This document shows, in pieces, positions 26,930 to 36,347 of a stretch of 64,000 nucleotides of DNA. Position numbers and translations under genes: made by a program. Source of the DNA: a virus. Location of the stretch: positions 32,001 to 96,000 of IMG/VR virus record IMGVR_UViG_3300031649_000001; one strand, 5' to 3'. Below the pieces are notes generated by a model that was given only the letters and a program-made list of their open reading frames with translations, did not search any database and was not told the origin of the DNA. How positions within the stretch are numbered: the first letter of the stretch is position 1; each line of letters begins with the position of its first letter.

Positions 26930-28171
26930 ATGGCCGCCAAGACCACCGCCACCGTCGAGACCACCATCACCACCCTGACCGGCGAGGCCTTCGCGACCGT
27001 CGGCTGGTCCACCAGCCGCACCAAGGTAGACGAGGTCCGCGAGTACAAGTGGACCGCCCCCCACGCCCTCAAGGTGTGGCGCTTCGCCCGCATGGACGAC
27101 CAGTGGTTCGGCTTCTGCTGGAAGTGCGACGGCGCCGGGAACATCGGCTACGGCCCCGACAACGGCGTCTGCTGGGAGTGCTCCGGCCACGGCCTCCGCG
27201 ACTACTGGACGGTCGGCGAGGAGTTCGACACCAAGCTCCGCAACATCGAGCGCTCCGTGAAGGCCGAGTCCACCAAGCAGGCCAAGGCTATCGCCGCCCG
27301 CCACGCCGAGATCGCCGAGTGGCGCGCCGCCAACCCCGAGCTGATCACCTGGGCCGAGGCCAAGACCCCCACCGGCACCGAGCCCCACGAGGTCCTGACC
27401 GGAGAGACCCAGGACGTGTACGACGGCTACACCCCCAACGTCCAGTACGCCATCCGCTGCGTCCGCTACGGCACCGCCCTGGACCGCAAGCTCACCGGCC
27501 TGCTCCGCAAGGTGATCGCCGACGAGGCCAACGCCCCGGCCGTCAAGCCCAGCCGCCACGCCGGTGCGGAGGGCGACCGCCCGACCATCACCGGCAAGGT
27601 CGTCATGTGGCGCAACAACGAGGAGGACGGCTACCTCACCGTCAAGGTGGAGGGCGAGGGCGCCGACACCGGCATCACCTTCTTCACCAACACCAGTTCC
27701 GCCTCCGCCTACGAGCTGGAGGAGGGCGACCTGGTGATGGTCAAGGCGACCATTAAGCGCAACGAGGTGTACCGGGTGACCGGCCAGAAGTCGGACCGCG
27801 TCGGCCGCGCCGTCTTCACCAAGGTCGACGAGATCCCCGCCCCCGCCGCGCCGGTCGCCACGGTCGCTGAGACGGCCCCGCAGGCGCCGGTTGAGACCCC
27901 GGCCCCGGCCGCCCCCGCCAGCGAGCCCACGACCCCGCAGAGCGACGCCACGCCCGTCCGCAAGACCGGCCGCCGCGCAGCCCAGGGCGCGTCCTCCGTG
28001 GACGGCTGGGAGCTGCTCTACGACAAGCCCAAGGCGGGCGCCGAGGTGGTCCGCAAGGACGGCCGCTACGCCCTCGCCTGCAAGACCCACCGCACCCTCC
28101 ACCACCTGGACCGCCTCTCCGACGAGGGCAAGGTCCGCAAGGCGGGCGGCTGGTGCACCGAGTGCCACTGA
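26930..28171 (+). CDS. Multidomain protein: CxxCxGxG Zn finger, OB-fold-like domain, C-terminal 'WELLYDKPK' Zn domain
   Basis: CWKCDGAG/CWECSGHG; TITGKV...EGDLVMVKATIK; C-term paralogous to 61790..62665. Confidence 0.7.
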   Translation: MAAKTTATVETTITTLTGEAFATVGWSTSRTKVDEVREYKWTAPHALKVWRFARMDDQWFGFCWKCDGAGNIGYGPDNGVCWECSGHGLRDYWTVGEEFDTKLRNIERSVKAESTKQAKAIAARHAEIAEWRAANPELITWAEAKTPTGTEPHEVLTGETQDVYDGYTPNVQYAIRCVRYGTALDRKLTGLLRKVIADEANAPAVKPSRHAGAEGDRPTITGKVVMWRNNEEDGYLTVKVEGEGADTGITFFTNTSSASAYELEEGDLVMVKATIKRNEVYRVTGQKSDRVGRAVFTKVDEIPAPAAPVATVAETAPQAPVETPAPAAPASEPTTPQSDATPVRKTGRRAAQGASSVDGWELLYDKPKAGAEVVRKDGRYALACKTHRTLHHLDRLSDEGKVRKAGGWCTECH

Positions 28172-28227
28172 CCGCCCCGCCCCCCGGCCGCCCGGCCGGG
28201 GGGCCGATCCACGCAGATAGAGAGCGC

Positions 28228-28707
28228 ATGTTCACCAAGGAGTGGTACGCCGACCCCGCCGACCTGATGCGCGGCTGGGTGACGCTGACCGAGCACACCC
28301 AGTGGTCCCCGACCCGGGGCTGGGAGATCACCGGCTACACCGTCCACGCCACCCACTGGAGCCTGCCCGAGGGCGAGCCCGGGTTCCTCCCCCACAGCAC
28401 CGGCCAGCCCATCGCCGAGTGGGCCGACGCGCTGGCCGCGTACGTGGACCGGCTGTCGGAGCTGGACGCCGCCAACCGGCAGAAGCCCGCGCCGCTCCCG
28501 CCGCAGGTGCAGACCCTGACCGGGCTGGCCGACATCCGGTGGGTGCGCCTGTCGGAACTCAAGGACGGCGACCACATCAAGGACTCCCACGGCTGGCAGG
28601 TGATCCAGGACGTGGAGCACGCCGACGGCCGTACCCGCTGGAGCCTGGTCGGCGACGACCACCGCGCCGTGTGGCCTTCCAGCCAGGCCATCCAGCGCAC
28701 CACCTGA
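28228..28707 (+). CDS. Hypothetical protein
   Basis: Bounded on both sides by the 12-bp motif. Confidence 0.65.
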   Translation: MFTKEWYADPADLMRGWVTLTEHTQWSPTRGWEITGYTVHATHWSLPEGEPGFLPHSTGQPIAEWADALAAYVDRLSELDAANRQKPAPLPPQVQTLTGLADIRWVRLSELKDGDHIKDSHGWQVIQDVEHADGRTRWSLVGDDHRAVWPSSQAIQRTT

Positions 28708-28739
28708 TCCACGCAGACAGAGAGAGGACCAAGCCAGCC

Positions 28740-28985
28740 ATGATCCTGCGCCAGTACCGCCTGACCCTGACCCACTACCGCGACAGCAAGGTGATCGGGG
28801 AGCCGGTCATCGTGCCCGCCCCCCACCACGCCGGTGACCTCCTGGTCCACGACGGCGACGTGTGGGAGGTGATCCGCTGCGAGACCCAGCTCCCCGACCC
28901 GCGCGAGACGGCCGAGGAGGCCCGCGAGCCCATCGAGGTGAACGTCGTGGTCGGCGAGGTCGCGGACCACCTGACCGACCGCTGA
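28740..28985 (+). CDS. Hypothetical protein
   Basis: RBS GAGAGG; bounded by the 12-bp motif. Confidence 0.6.
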   Translation: MILRQYRLTLTHYRDSKVIGEPVIVPAPHHAGDLLVHDGDVWEVIRCETQLPDPRETAEEAREPIEVNVVVGEVADHLTDR

Positions 28986-29016
28986 TCCACGCAGACCGAG
29001 AAAGAGGACGCACCGC

Positions 29017-29628
29017 ATGACGCACACCTGGGGCCCGGACCACATCATCCACGTGGACCTGGAAGATGACCGCGACCGCGCCAGCGACGACTACAGCCGG
29101 TACGGCTCCTACGTCGGCGCCCGCGAACTCAGCTTCCAAGACACCTGGGCCAAGCCCGAGCTGAAGCCCGCTGAGCCCATCGCGTTCGCGGCGACCGCCT
29201 GGACGGTGGCCTGCCCGCCCATCATGTCGCCCGGCCTGGTGGACTGGCGCCCCGACATCCACAAGATCGAGATCGGCTACGACGAAGACGGCCACGACCT
29301 GATGGCCACCGTGGAACTCCCCCTTGAGCACCACCAGTTGGCCGCCAAGATCCCCTACCAGTACCAGGACTGGGCCCGGCACAACCACTGGCGCGGCGAC
29401 GACTACGTCTACCTGATGCACGGCGGCGTCCGCAGGGGCAAGCCCACCGTCACCGCCCTGGTCACCGTCCAGCACATCCTCACCTCGGTCACGCTGGTCA
29501 CCCCGCCCGCCCACCCCACCGGCCGCGCCCTGGTGGACGCGGCCCTCCAGTCCGTGGAACTGACGGCCGCCGCCCTCAACGCGGAGCTTCCGGAGATCAT
29601 CAACCGGGTGCAGGGGCGGGACCGATGA
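29017..29628 (+). CDS. Hypothetical protein
   Basis: RBS AAGAGG; 203 aa. Confidence 0.65.
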   Translation: MTHTWGPDHIIHVDLEDDRDRASDDYSRYGSYVGARELSFQDTWAKPELKPAEPIAFAATAWTVACPPIMSPGLVDWRPDIHKIEIGYDEDGHDLMATVELPLEHHQLAAKIPYQYQDWARHNHWRGDDYVYLMHGGVRRGKPTVTALVTVQHILTSVTLVTPPAHPTGRALVDAALQSVELTAAALNAELPEIINRVQGRDR

Positions 29629-30173
29629 GCCGCGCCCGCCGGTACCCGGTCGGCGGCGACCCCGGCCCCATCCCCGCAGATAAGCCGGTGCCGACCAAGA
29701 ACCAGATCCTGGTCATCGTGGACTCGGCCCGCGACCCCATGACCCGGCCCGCCATCCTGCTGGCGGCAGCCCGCCTGTTCGACGTGCAGCCGCCCGGCCA
29801 GCGCGCAGAAGAGGCCACCCGGTGGGCCCGCCGGGTGATGAACTACCCGGCCGCCGAACGCCTCCTGGACCGGATGGAGATCGACGAGCTGATCACCGGC
29901 TCGGAGGCGTGGGAGTGGGCCCAGGTGGGCCACCCCATCGGCGGCGCCCAGGCGCGGACCACATACTTCTTCACCGCCCGCCAGGCCCTCGCGCTCCGGG
30001 GGCGTAACGAACACCACCGGGACGACGTCCTATGGGGGCAGGCGGAGCGCGCCGCCGACTCGCTGATGAGGAAGCTCCACAGCGGCGAGTGGGAGCGCGC
30101 CAGGGACACGGCGTACGCCGCCCTCCTGAAAGGGCTGCCCGCTCCATACACAGACGCACAGGAGCCCTCATGA
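29625..30173 (+). CDS. Hypothetical protein
   Basis: ATGA overlap coupling. Confidence 0.6.
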   Translation: MSRARRYPVGGDPGPIPADKPVPTKNQILVIVDSARDPMTRPAILLAAARLFDVQPPGQRAEEATRWARRVMNYPAAERLLDRMEIDELITGSEAWEWAQVGHPIGGAQARTTYFFTARQALALRGRNEHHRDDVLWGQAERAADSLMRKLHSGEWERARDTAYAALLKGLPAPYTDAQEPS

Positions 30174-30661
30174 CCGAGCCCGCCACCCCGCCGGAGTTCC
30201 GGCGGCCCGAGCGCCTGACCCAGGTCCCCGAGTACCTGATCAAGCAGGCCGTCACCAACATCACCGCCCTGGTCGACCACGACACGGAGAAGTGCGACGA
30301 GGTAGTACGCCGGGTGCTGGCGGCGCTGCTTCTGGCCGCGCCGGACATGCCCGACGCGCTGACCTACCGCTACCCCGACGGCTACGCCACGGACGAACCG
30401 ATGCACACGGCGGCGGTCCACGTCTGCAAGTGGGGGATGCTCCGCCGCAACGGCGACGTGGTCATGTGCGCCCTGGACGAGCCCTACGAGGACGGCGACC
30501 CCGGCCCCGGCCACGACACCCCCGGCGAGCACGGCTGGCGCGACGCCGACGCCGACGACGACCACACGCCGTTCCGCGAGAGCGACCCGCGCGCCTTCCA
30601 CGCGCCCACCTGGGAGGGCGCCGTCCGCCCGCCCGTAGAGATCTCCACCCACCACCTGTAG
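30170..30661 (+). CDS. Hypothetical protein
   Basis: ATGA overlap; RBS AGGAG. Confidence 0.6.
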   Translation: MTEPATPPEFRRPERLTQVPEYLIKQAVTNITALVDHDTEKCDEVVRRVLAALLLAAPDMPDALTYRYPDGYATDEPMHTAAVHVCKWGMLRRNGDVVMCALDEPYEDGDPGPGHDTPGEHGWRDADADDDHTPFRESDPRAFHAPTWEGAVRPPVEISTHHL

Positions 30662-30672
30662 GGAGCCACCGC

Positions 30673-31197
30673 ATGCCCGAGCCCGCCCGGCCCGCCTGCC
30701 CGACCGGCGGCGAGCACCCGCCGCCGCCCCACCTGACCGCCACGTTCCCGCCGGTGGCCGACCGGCCCAACCTGGGCAAGGTGCTGACCGCCGCCTGGCA
30801 CGACTGCAAGCCGTGCATGGACCGGCACCGGGGCCTCGCCGTGGAGCACCCCGAACTCATCGAGGCCCTGTTCGGGATCTGGCTGATGTGGATGGCGATC
30901 ACCGCCGACGCCCTGGAGCGGCCGACCGTGGAGACGGCCGCCGAGCTGGCGGACAGCTTCCTGCCGCCCGGCTCGCCCCAGCCCACCGATGACACCCGCG
31001 CCATCCTCATCTCCACCACCCTGAAGGTGACGCCCGGCCCTCTGGGCAAGCCGGTCAACACCTGGGGCCACGCCGAGGTCACCAGCCTGATCGGCGCCAT
31101 GTTCCACGACGGGCGCTCGCTGGTCTGGACCGACTCGCTGTCCTTCCTCACGGGCGTCCTGCGGGGCGAGGCCCGTGCCATCGCCGAGAGCAACTAG
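30673..31197 (+). CDS. Hypothetical protein
   Basis: RBS GGGAG; CxxC. Confidence 0.6.
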   Translation: MPEPARPACPTGGEHPPPPHLTATFPPVADRPNLGKVLTAAWHDCKPCMDRHRGLAVEHPELIEALFGIWLMWMAITADALERPTVETAAELADSFLPPGSPQPTDDTRAILISTTLKVTPGPLGKPVNTWGHAEVTSLIGAMFHDGRSLVWTDSLSFLTGVLRGEARAIAESN

Positions 31198-31206
31198 GAG
31201 CAGAGC

Positions 31207-31740
31207 ATGACCATCTACGCCACTCACCGGCACAGCACCAACACCAAGACCACCGGCCCGCTGGAGGCGTTCCCGTCCGTGGAGCGGGCCAGCGTCGCGC
31301 TCCAGCTCCGCGCCCGCAAGCAGGAGTCCGGCACCTACTACCTGGACGAAGACACCGACGTCACGCCCCGGCCCCCGGTGCAGTTCCCGGAGGCCGACCT
31401 GACCGGCTACCTGCTGGTCTGGCGGCGCAAGGGCGGCGAGGCCCGGCCCGAGCCCGGCGAGGAGCCGGAGGAGCGGTGGCGCCTGACGGCGGGGGGCGCC
31501 GTCATCAAGGAGCCGTACGCCGACCGCGACCCGGCCTACGAGCTGCCCCAGCTCACCCCGAAGGAGCGCCGCACCAAGGCGCTCCACGCCCTTCGCGAGG
31601 TACCCCCGCTCACCGATGAGTTCCGCGCCGGACTGGACCCCATGTGGAAGCGGGTGCTGCGGGACCTGGTCCAGGACACCGAGGCCGAGGACGCCATCCT
31701 CCGCGTGATGCAGACCGCATGGAAGACCGACCAGAAGTGA
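31207..31740 (+). CDS. Hypothetical protein
   Basis: RBS AGGAG. Confidence 0.6.
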   Translation: MTIYATHRHSTNTKTTGPLEAFPSVERASVALQLRARKQESGTYYLDEDTDVTPRPPVQFPEADLTGYLLVWRRKGGEARPEPGEEPEERWRLTAGGAVIKEPYADRDPAYELPQLTPKERRTKALHALREVPPLTDEFRAGLDPMWKRVLRDLVQDTEAEDAILRVMQTAWKTDQK

Positions 31741-32579
31741 GCGAGCCCGAGCTGAAGCTGCTGGTGGTGGACTGGGACTTCTTCTTCCCCAACCCGGCCT
31801 GGTCGGCGGACCCGACGGAGGAGTCCCTGCTGTACCTGTGGGACCACAAGGAGGCCCCGTTCTACCTGGGCCCGGTGGTCTGGGGGGCGCGGGCGTCGTC
31901 GTTCATCCGCAACGGGATGGAGCTGCCCCAGGTGGCGGGCTGGGAGGGGTTCTGGAACCGCTTCAAGTTCAACGAGGACGGCGTCTCGGTGATCTACGGG
32001 GACAGCAACCTGCACGCCGGTCGCATCCTGCCCTCCTCGCTCGGCATGGATGAGGAGTACGGGGTCAACCACTGGCACACGGTGTCGCTGTGGGACGCCC
32101 ACCACGACGCGGGCTACAAGTCCACCGGCTCCTACGAGGAGTGGGACGCGACGGGCAAGGTGTCGTGCGAGGACTGGATGCTGGTCCACCACGGCCACGG
32201 CTCCCGCCTCCAGGTGACCTACCCGGCCTGGCGCCGCAAGGTGGGCCACGTGGAGCCCGAGCCGCTGGTCCCCGTGGAACGGCGGGTGGACGACGGCACC
32301 GACCCCGACGACTGGTACGACGCGGTGTACGTGTGCCGCTCCGGCGCGTGGGTGCCGCCGTGGTGCGACGACCAGTTCACCGAGTTCCTGGCCCAGGGCC
32401 CGGACTCGTACCCGACCCTGATGGACCCGGAGACCTGGGTCCATCCCCGGCCCGACGGCCTGGACCTGGCCGACAAGGAGGTGTCCGCCCGCGAGCTGAT
32501 GGACCAGATCGCGGCGGGCGGCGGCGCCATCAACGCGGAGGCGCTGGAGCGCTGGCGCGCCGGACGGGAGGCGTCGTGA
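31737..32579 (+). CDS. Arginase/deacetylase-fold (UPF0489-like) metallohydrolase
   Basis: VDWDFF, WDAHHD, CEDW, VCRSGAWVPP motifs. Confidence 0.65.
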   Translation: MSEPELKLLVVDWDFFFPNPAWSADPTEESLLYLWDHKEAPFYLGPVVWGARASSFIRNGMELPQVAGWEGFWNRFKFNEDGVSVIYGDSNLHAGRILPSSLGMDEEYGVNHWHTVSLWDAHHDAGYKSTGSYEEWDATGKVSCEDWMLVHHGHGSRLQVTYPAWRRKVGHVEPEPLVPVERRVDDGTDPDDWYDAVYVCRSGAWVPPWCDDQFTEFLAQGPDSYPTLMDPETWVHPRPDGLDLADKEVSARELMDQIAAGGGAINAEALERWRAGREAS

Positions 32580-32875
32580 AGAGGCGCGCCGTCTTCATCT
32601 ACGGATGCTGCGCTCTCATGTGGGCACAGCTAATGGGCCCGGATTCCCCCTACTGGAGCATCACCGTCACTGGGCTCCAGGTGATTTGGGTCGGAGCAGG
32701 CGCCTACCAGTTCGTCCAGGGAATGAAGGCAAATCGAGCGGAGCTGGAGAGCCAGCGCAATCGAGAGATCCGCAGTCAGCGGATCCGGGAGCTGGAGAAG
32801 GAACTGGGCTACGAGCCGCTGGAGTTGGCGGTCGACGATGCTCCGGAGATCTGGCCGAAGGGCGGTCGCGAGTGA
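32576..32875 (+). CDS. Small membrane protein with coiled coil
   Basis: GTGA overlap; two hydrophobic segments. Confidence 0.5.
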   Translation: MKRRAVFIYGCCALMWAQLMGPDSPYWSITVTGLQVIWVGAGAYQFVQGMKANRAELESQRNREIRSQRIRELEKELGYEPLELAVDDAPEIWPKGGRE

Positions 32876-33057
32876 GCGCGCCGGAGCACAGGCACAAGTG
32901 GGCCACGCTGGCGTCGTGGCCGTCGGGCCCGGACGGCGAGACCGACCGGCTGGTGCAGTGCACCGTGCCCGACTGCGGGGAGGTCGTCACCCGCGCCCAC
33001 GACGAGGACGACGACGGCCTGATCGAGATCAAGAGGAGGGCGGCCGATGGGGGCTGA
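32872..33057 (+). CDS. Small His/Cys protein
   Basis: HRHKW...CTVPDCG; GTGA overlap. Confidence 0.5.
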   Translation: MSAPEHRHKWATLASWPSGPDGETDRLVQCTVPDCGEVVTRAHDEDDDGLIEIKRRAADGG

Positions 33058-33388
33058 CGACCTGGCCGTGAACGCGGACGGCCAACACCCGGAGTACGGG
33101 CACCTGATGCTCGTGTTCTTCGACACCACCGGCCGGATGCAGTGGCAGGAGAAGCCCAGCCGCTGTTCCAGTCCGGAGGCCCACGTCGGCGAGATCACCG
33201 TGAAGGCGGTGTTCGTGGAGGACGTGGACCGGCCGGACGCGCCGCCGGGCTCATCCGCGTGGATGGTCCACGCCGGTGCACCGGATGCAGAGACGGCGCA
33301 GAAGACGGCGCGAACAGTCGCGAAGGCACTCGGTGCCGACCTGAACCCCGTACTGTCAACTGTCGTGGAAGGCAGGGGAGTTAAGTGA
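33047..33388 (+). CDS. Hypothetical protein
   Basis: RBS GGAGG; operonic. Confidence 0.55.
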   Translation: MGADDLAVNADGQHPEYGHLMLVFFDTTGRMQWQEKPSRCSSPEAHVGEITVKAVFVEDVDRPDAPPGSSAWMVHAGAPDAETAQKTARTVAKALGADLNPVLSTVVEGRGVK

Positions 33389-33684
33389 CTGCGGAGGACC
33401 CTTACCCCGCGTGGAGAGCGACGCTGGCCGCCGTACTGGAGCACTGGGACGGCGTCCAGGCGATCGAGGAGGGGTGGACCGTGGAGTACGACGCCGGGGA
33501 CGGCGCGTACCGGGCCACCTTCACGCTCCGGCCGAACGTCTTCCCCGGCACCAAGAGGCGCCGCTACAGCTTCACCGAGGCGGAGTTCTGTCAGTACGTG
33601 CTGGGGGTGGCCGACCTGGCGCCGGAGAAGGCTGGCCCGGCGGCGCTCCGGCTGGCTGAGGAGTCGCGGGAAGAGGCGCCGTGA
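33385..33684 (+). CDS. Hypothetical protein
   Basis: Overlap coupling. Confidence 0.55.
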   Translation: MTAEDPYPAWRATLAAVLEHWDGVQAIEEGWTVEYDAGDGAYRATFTLRPNVFPGTKRRRYSFTEAEFCQYVLGVADLAPEKAGPAALRLAEESREEAP

Positions 33685-33923
33685 ACGGCCAGCGCATGGT
33701 GCCGGAGATGACCGGCGAGGAGTGGACGGCGTGGATCGGGGCTCCGGACGGCTCTGTGCCGTGCCCGGCGGGCGGCTGCGGCCTGGTGTCGGCGGCGCGC
33801 TGGGACGGCGTGAACGAGACGCTGGAGTGGCCGGGGTGCGGGCACCGGGCGTTCTTCCCGGAGGTCCCGCCGGTGTGGCCCCCGCCGGAGTCCCACCGTT
33901 CAACTGCCGGGGAGGGTCAGTGA
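33681..33923 (+). CDS. Small Cys-containing protein
   Basis: CPAGGC...CGH; overlap coupling. Confidence 0.5.
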   Translation: MNGQRMVPEMTGEEWTAWIGAPDGSVPCPAGGCGLVSAARWDGVNETLEWPGCGHRAFFPEVPPVWPPPESHRSTAGEGQ

Positions 33924-34270
33924 GTTGGGCGAGCGAGGCCGTAGAGGCTATCCGCGCGGATGAGCCGGGCCTGAAGCTGTACGTGGAGTGGCGGGCGCGT
34001 TCGCTGACGGCGGCGATCACGATGCTGGCCGTGCCGGAGGACCGGCGCGGCCAGGGCGTGGCCCGGCGGGCGGTGGAGACGCTGGTGGTCGCGGCCGACC
34101 TGGCCGGAGCGCAGTTGGCGGTGACGCCGACGGACGAGTTCGGGGCGGACCTGGCGCGGCTGCGCCGGTTCTACGAGGGCTTCGGGTTCGTGCGGAACAC
34201 CGGGGCGGCGCGGGACTGGGACCACAAGGAGGACTACATCCGGCCGCGCTGGGGGGTCGAGTCGGCTTGA
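33920..34270 (+). CDS. GNAT-family acetyltransferase
   Basis: LAVPEDRRGQGVA acetyl-CoA motif A; RLRRFYEGFGF. Confidence 0.85.
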   Translation: MSWASEAVEAIRADEPGLKLYVEWRARSLTAAITMLAVPEDRRGQGVARRAVETLVVAADLAGAQLAVTPTDEFGADLARLRRFYEGFGFVRNTGAARDWDHKEDYIRPRWGVESA

Positions 34271-34363
34271 GGGGGCAACGGCGTCGGGATGCCATGATCC
34301 GCCATATCAAAGCCGGTCAAATGGGGCTCGATATAGGCCAGACTTAGGGGTCCTGACCTGGGG

Positions 34364-34392
34364 ACGGAGGAAACGTATTAAGTTTCCTCCGT
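34364..34392. other. Candidate tyrosine-recombinase core site (11-7-11 inverted repeat)
   Basis: ACGGAGGAAAC-GTATTAA-GTTTCCTCCGT in AT-richer intergenic DNA ~0.85 kb upstream of the recombinase. Confidence 0.55.
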
Positions 34393-34434
34393 GATTTCCC
34401 GACAGCTCCCCGCGACGAATGCAAGGAATGCGAC

Positions 34435-34923
34435 ATGAGTGACGAAAGTCCCCTCTATCTGGTGTCCAGGGTGACCATGGTCAAGGGCGGCGGTGGCGTG
34501 TTCATACCTCACGAAGGAGAACACGCCCTGGACGTGCGCCTGATGGCCGCCACCGATGCGCTCGACGCCGAGTACGGCGACACGTTCGCCGTCTGGAGGG
34601 TGACGGATTCCGTCACCGCCGACCAGGCACAGAGCCTCATCCGGGCGAACACTCCCGAGTCGCTGGCGACCGTCGTCCGCGACGGCGCCCTGCTGGAACT
34701 CGGCCAGCCCCCCTTCAAGTCCCAGTACGCCCTCCACGCCAAGAAGCCTCTCGACCCGGCCAAGTTCACCCAGATCCGCTGCGGACAGGGTGGCTGTACG
34801 GCGGCGCAGGCGGTGTCGCGCGCCATGGAGCCGGAGCGCGTGCAGGCCGCGATGGAGGAAGGCGGCTGGAGCCTGGTCCAGGGGAAGGGCTGGTTCTGCC
34901 CGGCGCACGGCGGCGGCGCCTGA
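34435..34923 (+). CDS. Hypothetical protein with C-terminal Zn motif (CxxxxC...GW...WFCPxH)
   Basis: RBS AAGGA. Confidence 0.6.
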   Translation: MSDESPLYLVSRVTMVKGGGGVFIPHEGEHALDVRLMAATDALDAEYGDTFAVWRVTDSVTADQAQSLIRANTPESLATVVRDGALLELGQPPFKSQYALHAKKPLDPAKFTQIRCGQGGCTAAQAVSRAMEPERVQAAMEEGGWSLVQGKGWFCPAHGGGA

Positions 34924-35232
34924 TGGCGGTTTCCTCCGAGTTCCCTGAGAGCGATTCTGAGAGCGACGCCGATTTCGCCGACCTGAAGGCGTACCTCTCC
35001 CCGGCCCCGCCCGGCGGCCCATCCGCGTGGATGGAGTCGGCCCGGCGACTGGACGCGCGCGCCGTCGCGGCAGGGCAGATGAGCCCCGGCGAATTCATTG
35101 ATGCATGGGCATGCGACCCGGCCGAAATTCATCCGTACGGCGACAGCCACTACTCCGTCGGCTCCCTCTACGGTGGTGAAATCGGTACCCGTTCCGAATA
35201 CGGGCGTTACAAGTCTGGACCAAGCGCACCGA

Positions 35233-36237
35233 ATGCAGAGCCAATCCGCGTGGATCAGAAAAAGGGGGTACGGGGAAGTGCCCAACACCATTGCTGAACC
35301 GCTGGCGCGGGCGATCGACGAATACCTGGACTGGGCGATAGTGCACGCCTTCAAGCCGGGCTCGGGATCACCGCGCACCTACCGCATCAAGCTCAACATG
35401 TACGCCCGCCACTTCGGGCATACCCGGCCGGTGAGGGAGATCACCGGCCAGGACTGGATGAAGACCTGCGGCATGTACTGGAGCACCGCCGCCGCCGAGA
35501 CCTACAACTCCGGCCGCCGCGCCGCCATCAGCTTCCTCAAGTACTGCCGCGACAACGAGCCGCCCCTGACCAGGGCCGAGCCGCCCAAGCTGTGGACCCC
35601 CCGCCCGGTGACCAAGCAGCGCGACAAGGCGCTGCCCCAGGGCACCATGACCAGCCTGCTCAACCCGGACCGCTACCCGCTGAGGGAGCGGTCGCTGTGG
35701 TCCACGCTCTACGACAGCTCGGAGCGCCTGTCGGGCGTCCTGAGCCTGGACATCCCGAACATCACCTGGGAGCAGAACTTCGGGACGGTGCGGATCAAGG
35801 GCGGCGACACCCGCTACATCGCGTGGACGCCGTACACCGGGCGCCTGCTCCGCGATTACGTGGGCGATCGGACCTGGGGGCCGGTATGGCTGGGGGAGCT
35901 GCCGCCGTGGAACTGGCGGGAGCGCCCCGACACCGACAAGGGGCCGCCCGGCGGCAACCCGGCCGCCGGGCCCGACGACCCCGGCCACGGCCACCTGTAC
36001 CGGCTCACCGCCCACCGGGCACGGGTGATCTACACGGAGCTGACCGGCCTGAAGAAGCCCCACCGCATCCGGCACACCCGGCTCAAGGCGCTGGGCTCCC
36101 GTGACGGCACGCCGTCCCCGATGCTCCACGCCATCAGCGGCCACATCACGGAGGAGATGCTGCGGCACTACAGCGAGCCGTCACCCGAACAGGTGTCAGC
36201 GTTCATCGCGCAGGTCGGCAGCCTGATGGACGGCTAG
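35233..36237 (+). CDS. Tyrosine recombinase (XerC/integrase family); start uncertain
   Basis: Catalytic set R(SERLS), K(IKGG), HRIRH, GH, and Y(RHY); N-terminal SAM-like core-binding region. Confidence 0.85.
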   Translation: MQSQSAWIRKRGYGEVPNTIAEPLARAIDEYLDWAIVHAFKPGSGSPRTYRIKLNMYARHFGHTRPVREITGQDWMKTCGMYWSTAAAETYNSGRRAAISFLKYCRDNEPPLTRAEPPKLWTPRPVTKQRDKALPQGTMTSLLNPDRYPLRERSLWSTLYDSSERLSGVLSLDIPNITWEQNFGTVRIKGGDTRYIAWTPYTGRLLRDYVGDRTWGPVWLGELPPWNWRERPDTDKGPPGGNPAAGPDDPGHGHLYRLTAHRARVIYTELTGLKKPHRIRHTRLKALGSRDGTPSPMLHAISGHITEEMLRHYSEPSPEQVSAFIAQVGSLMDG

Positions 36238-36289
36238 ACTCGCCGCCGTCTGACGCGTTGCCACGTACCAGACGACTCCATACCGGCGC

Positions 36290-36317
36290 CGCCCCCCGTC
36301 TCCTCACACGGGGGGCG
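36290..36317 (+). terminator. Stem-loop terminator after recombinase
   Basis: CGCCCCCCGT-N8-ACGGGGGGCG followed by TTGT. Confidence 0.6.
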
Positions 36318-36347
36318 TTGTCGTACCCGGGCCGTACCCTGCCGCTC

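Noticed and set aside
34923-35297. 124-aa ORF overlapping the recombinase 5' region
   Set aside because: Atypical codon usage and overlap with the recombinase frame; cannot be supported, although it is coupled to the upstream stop
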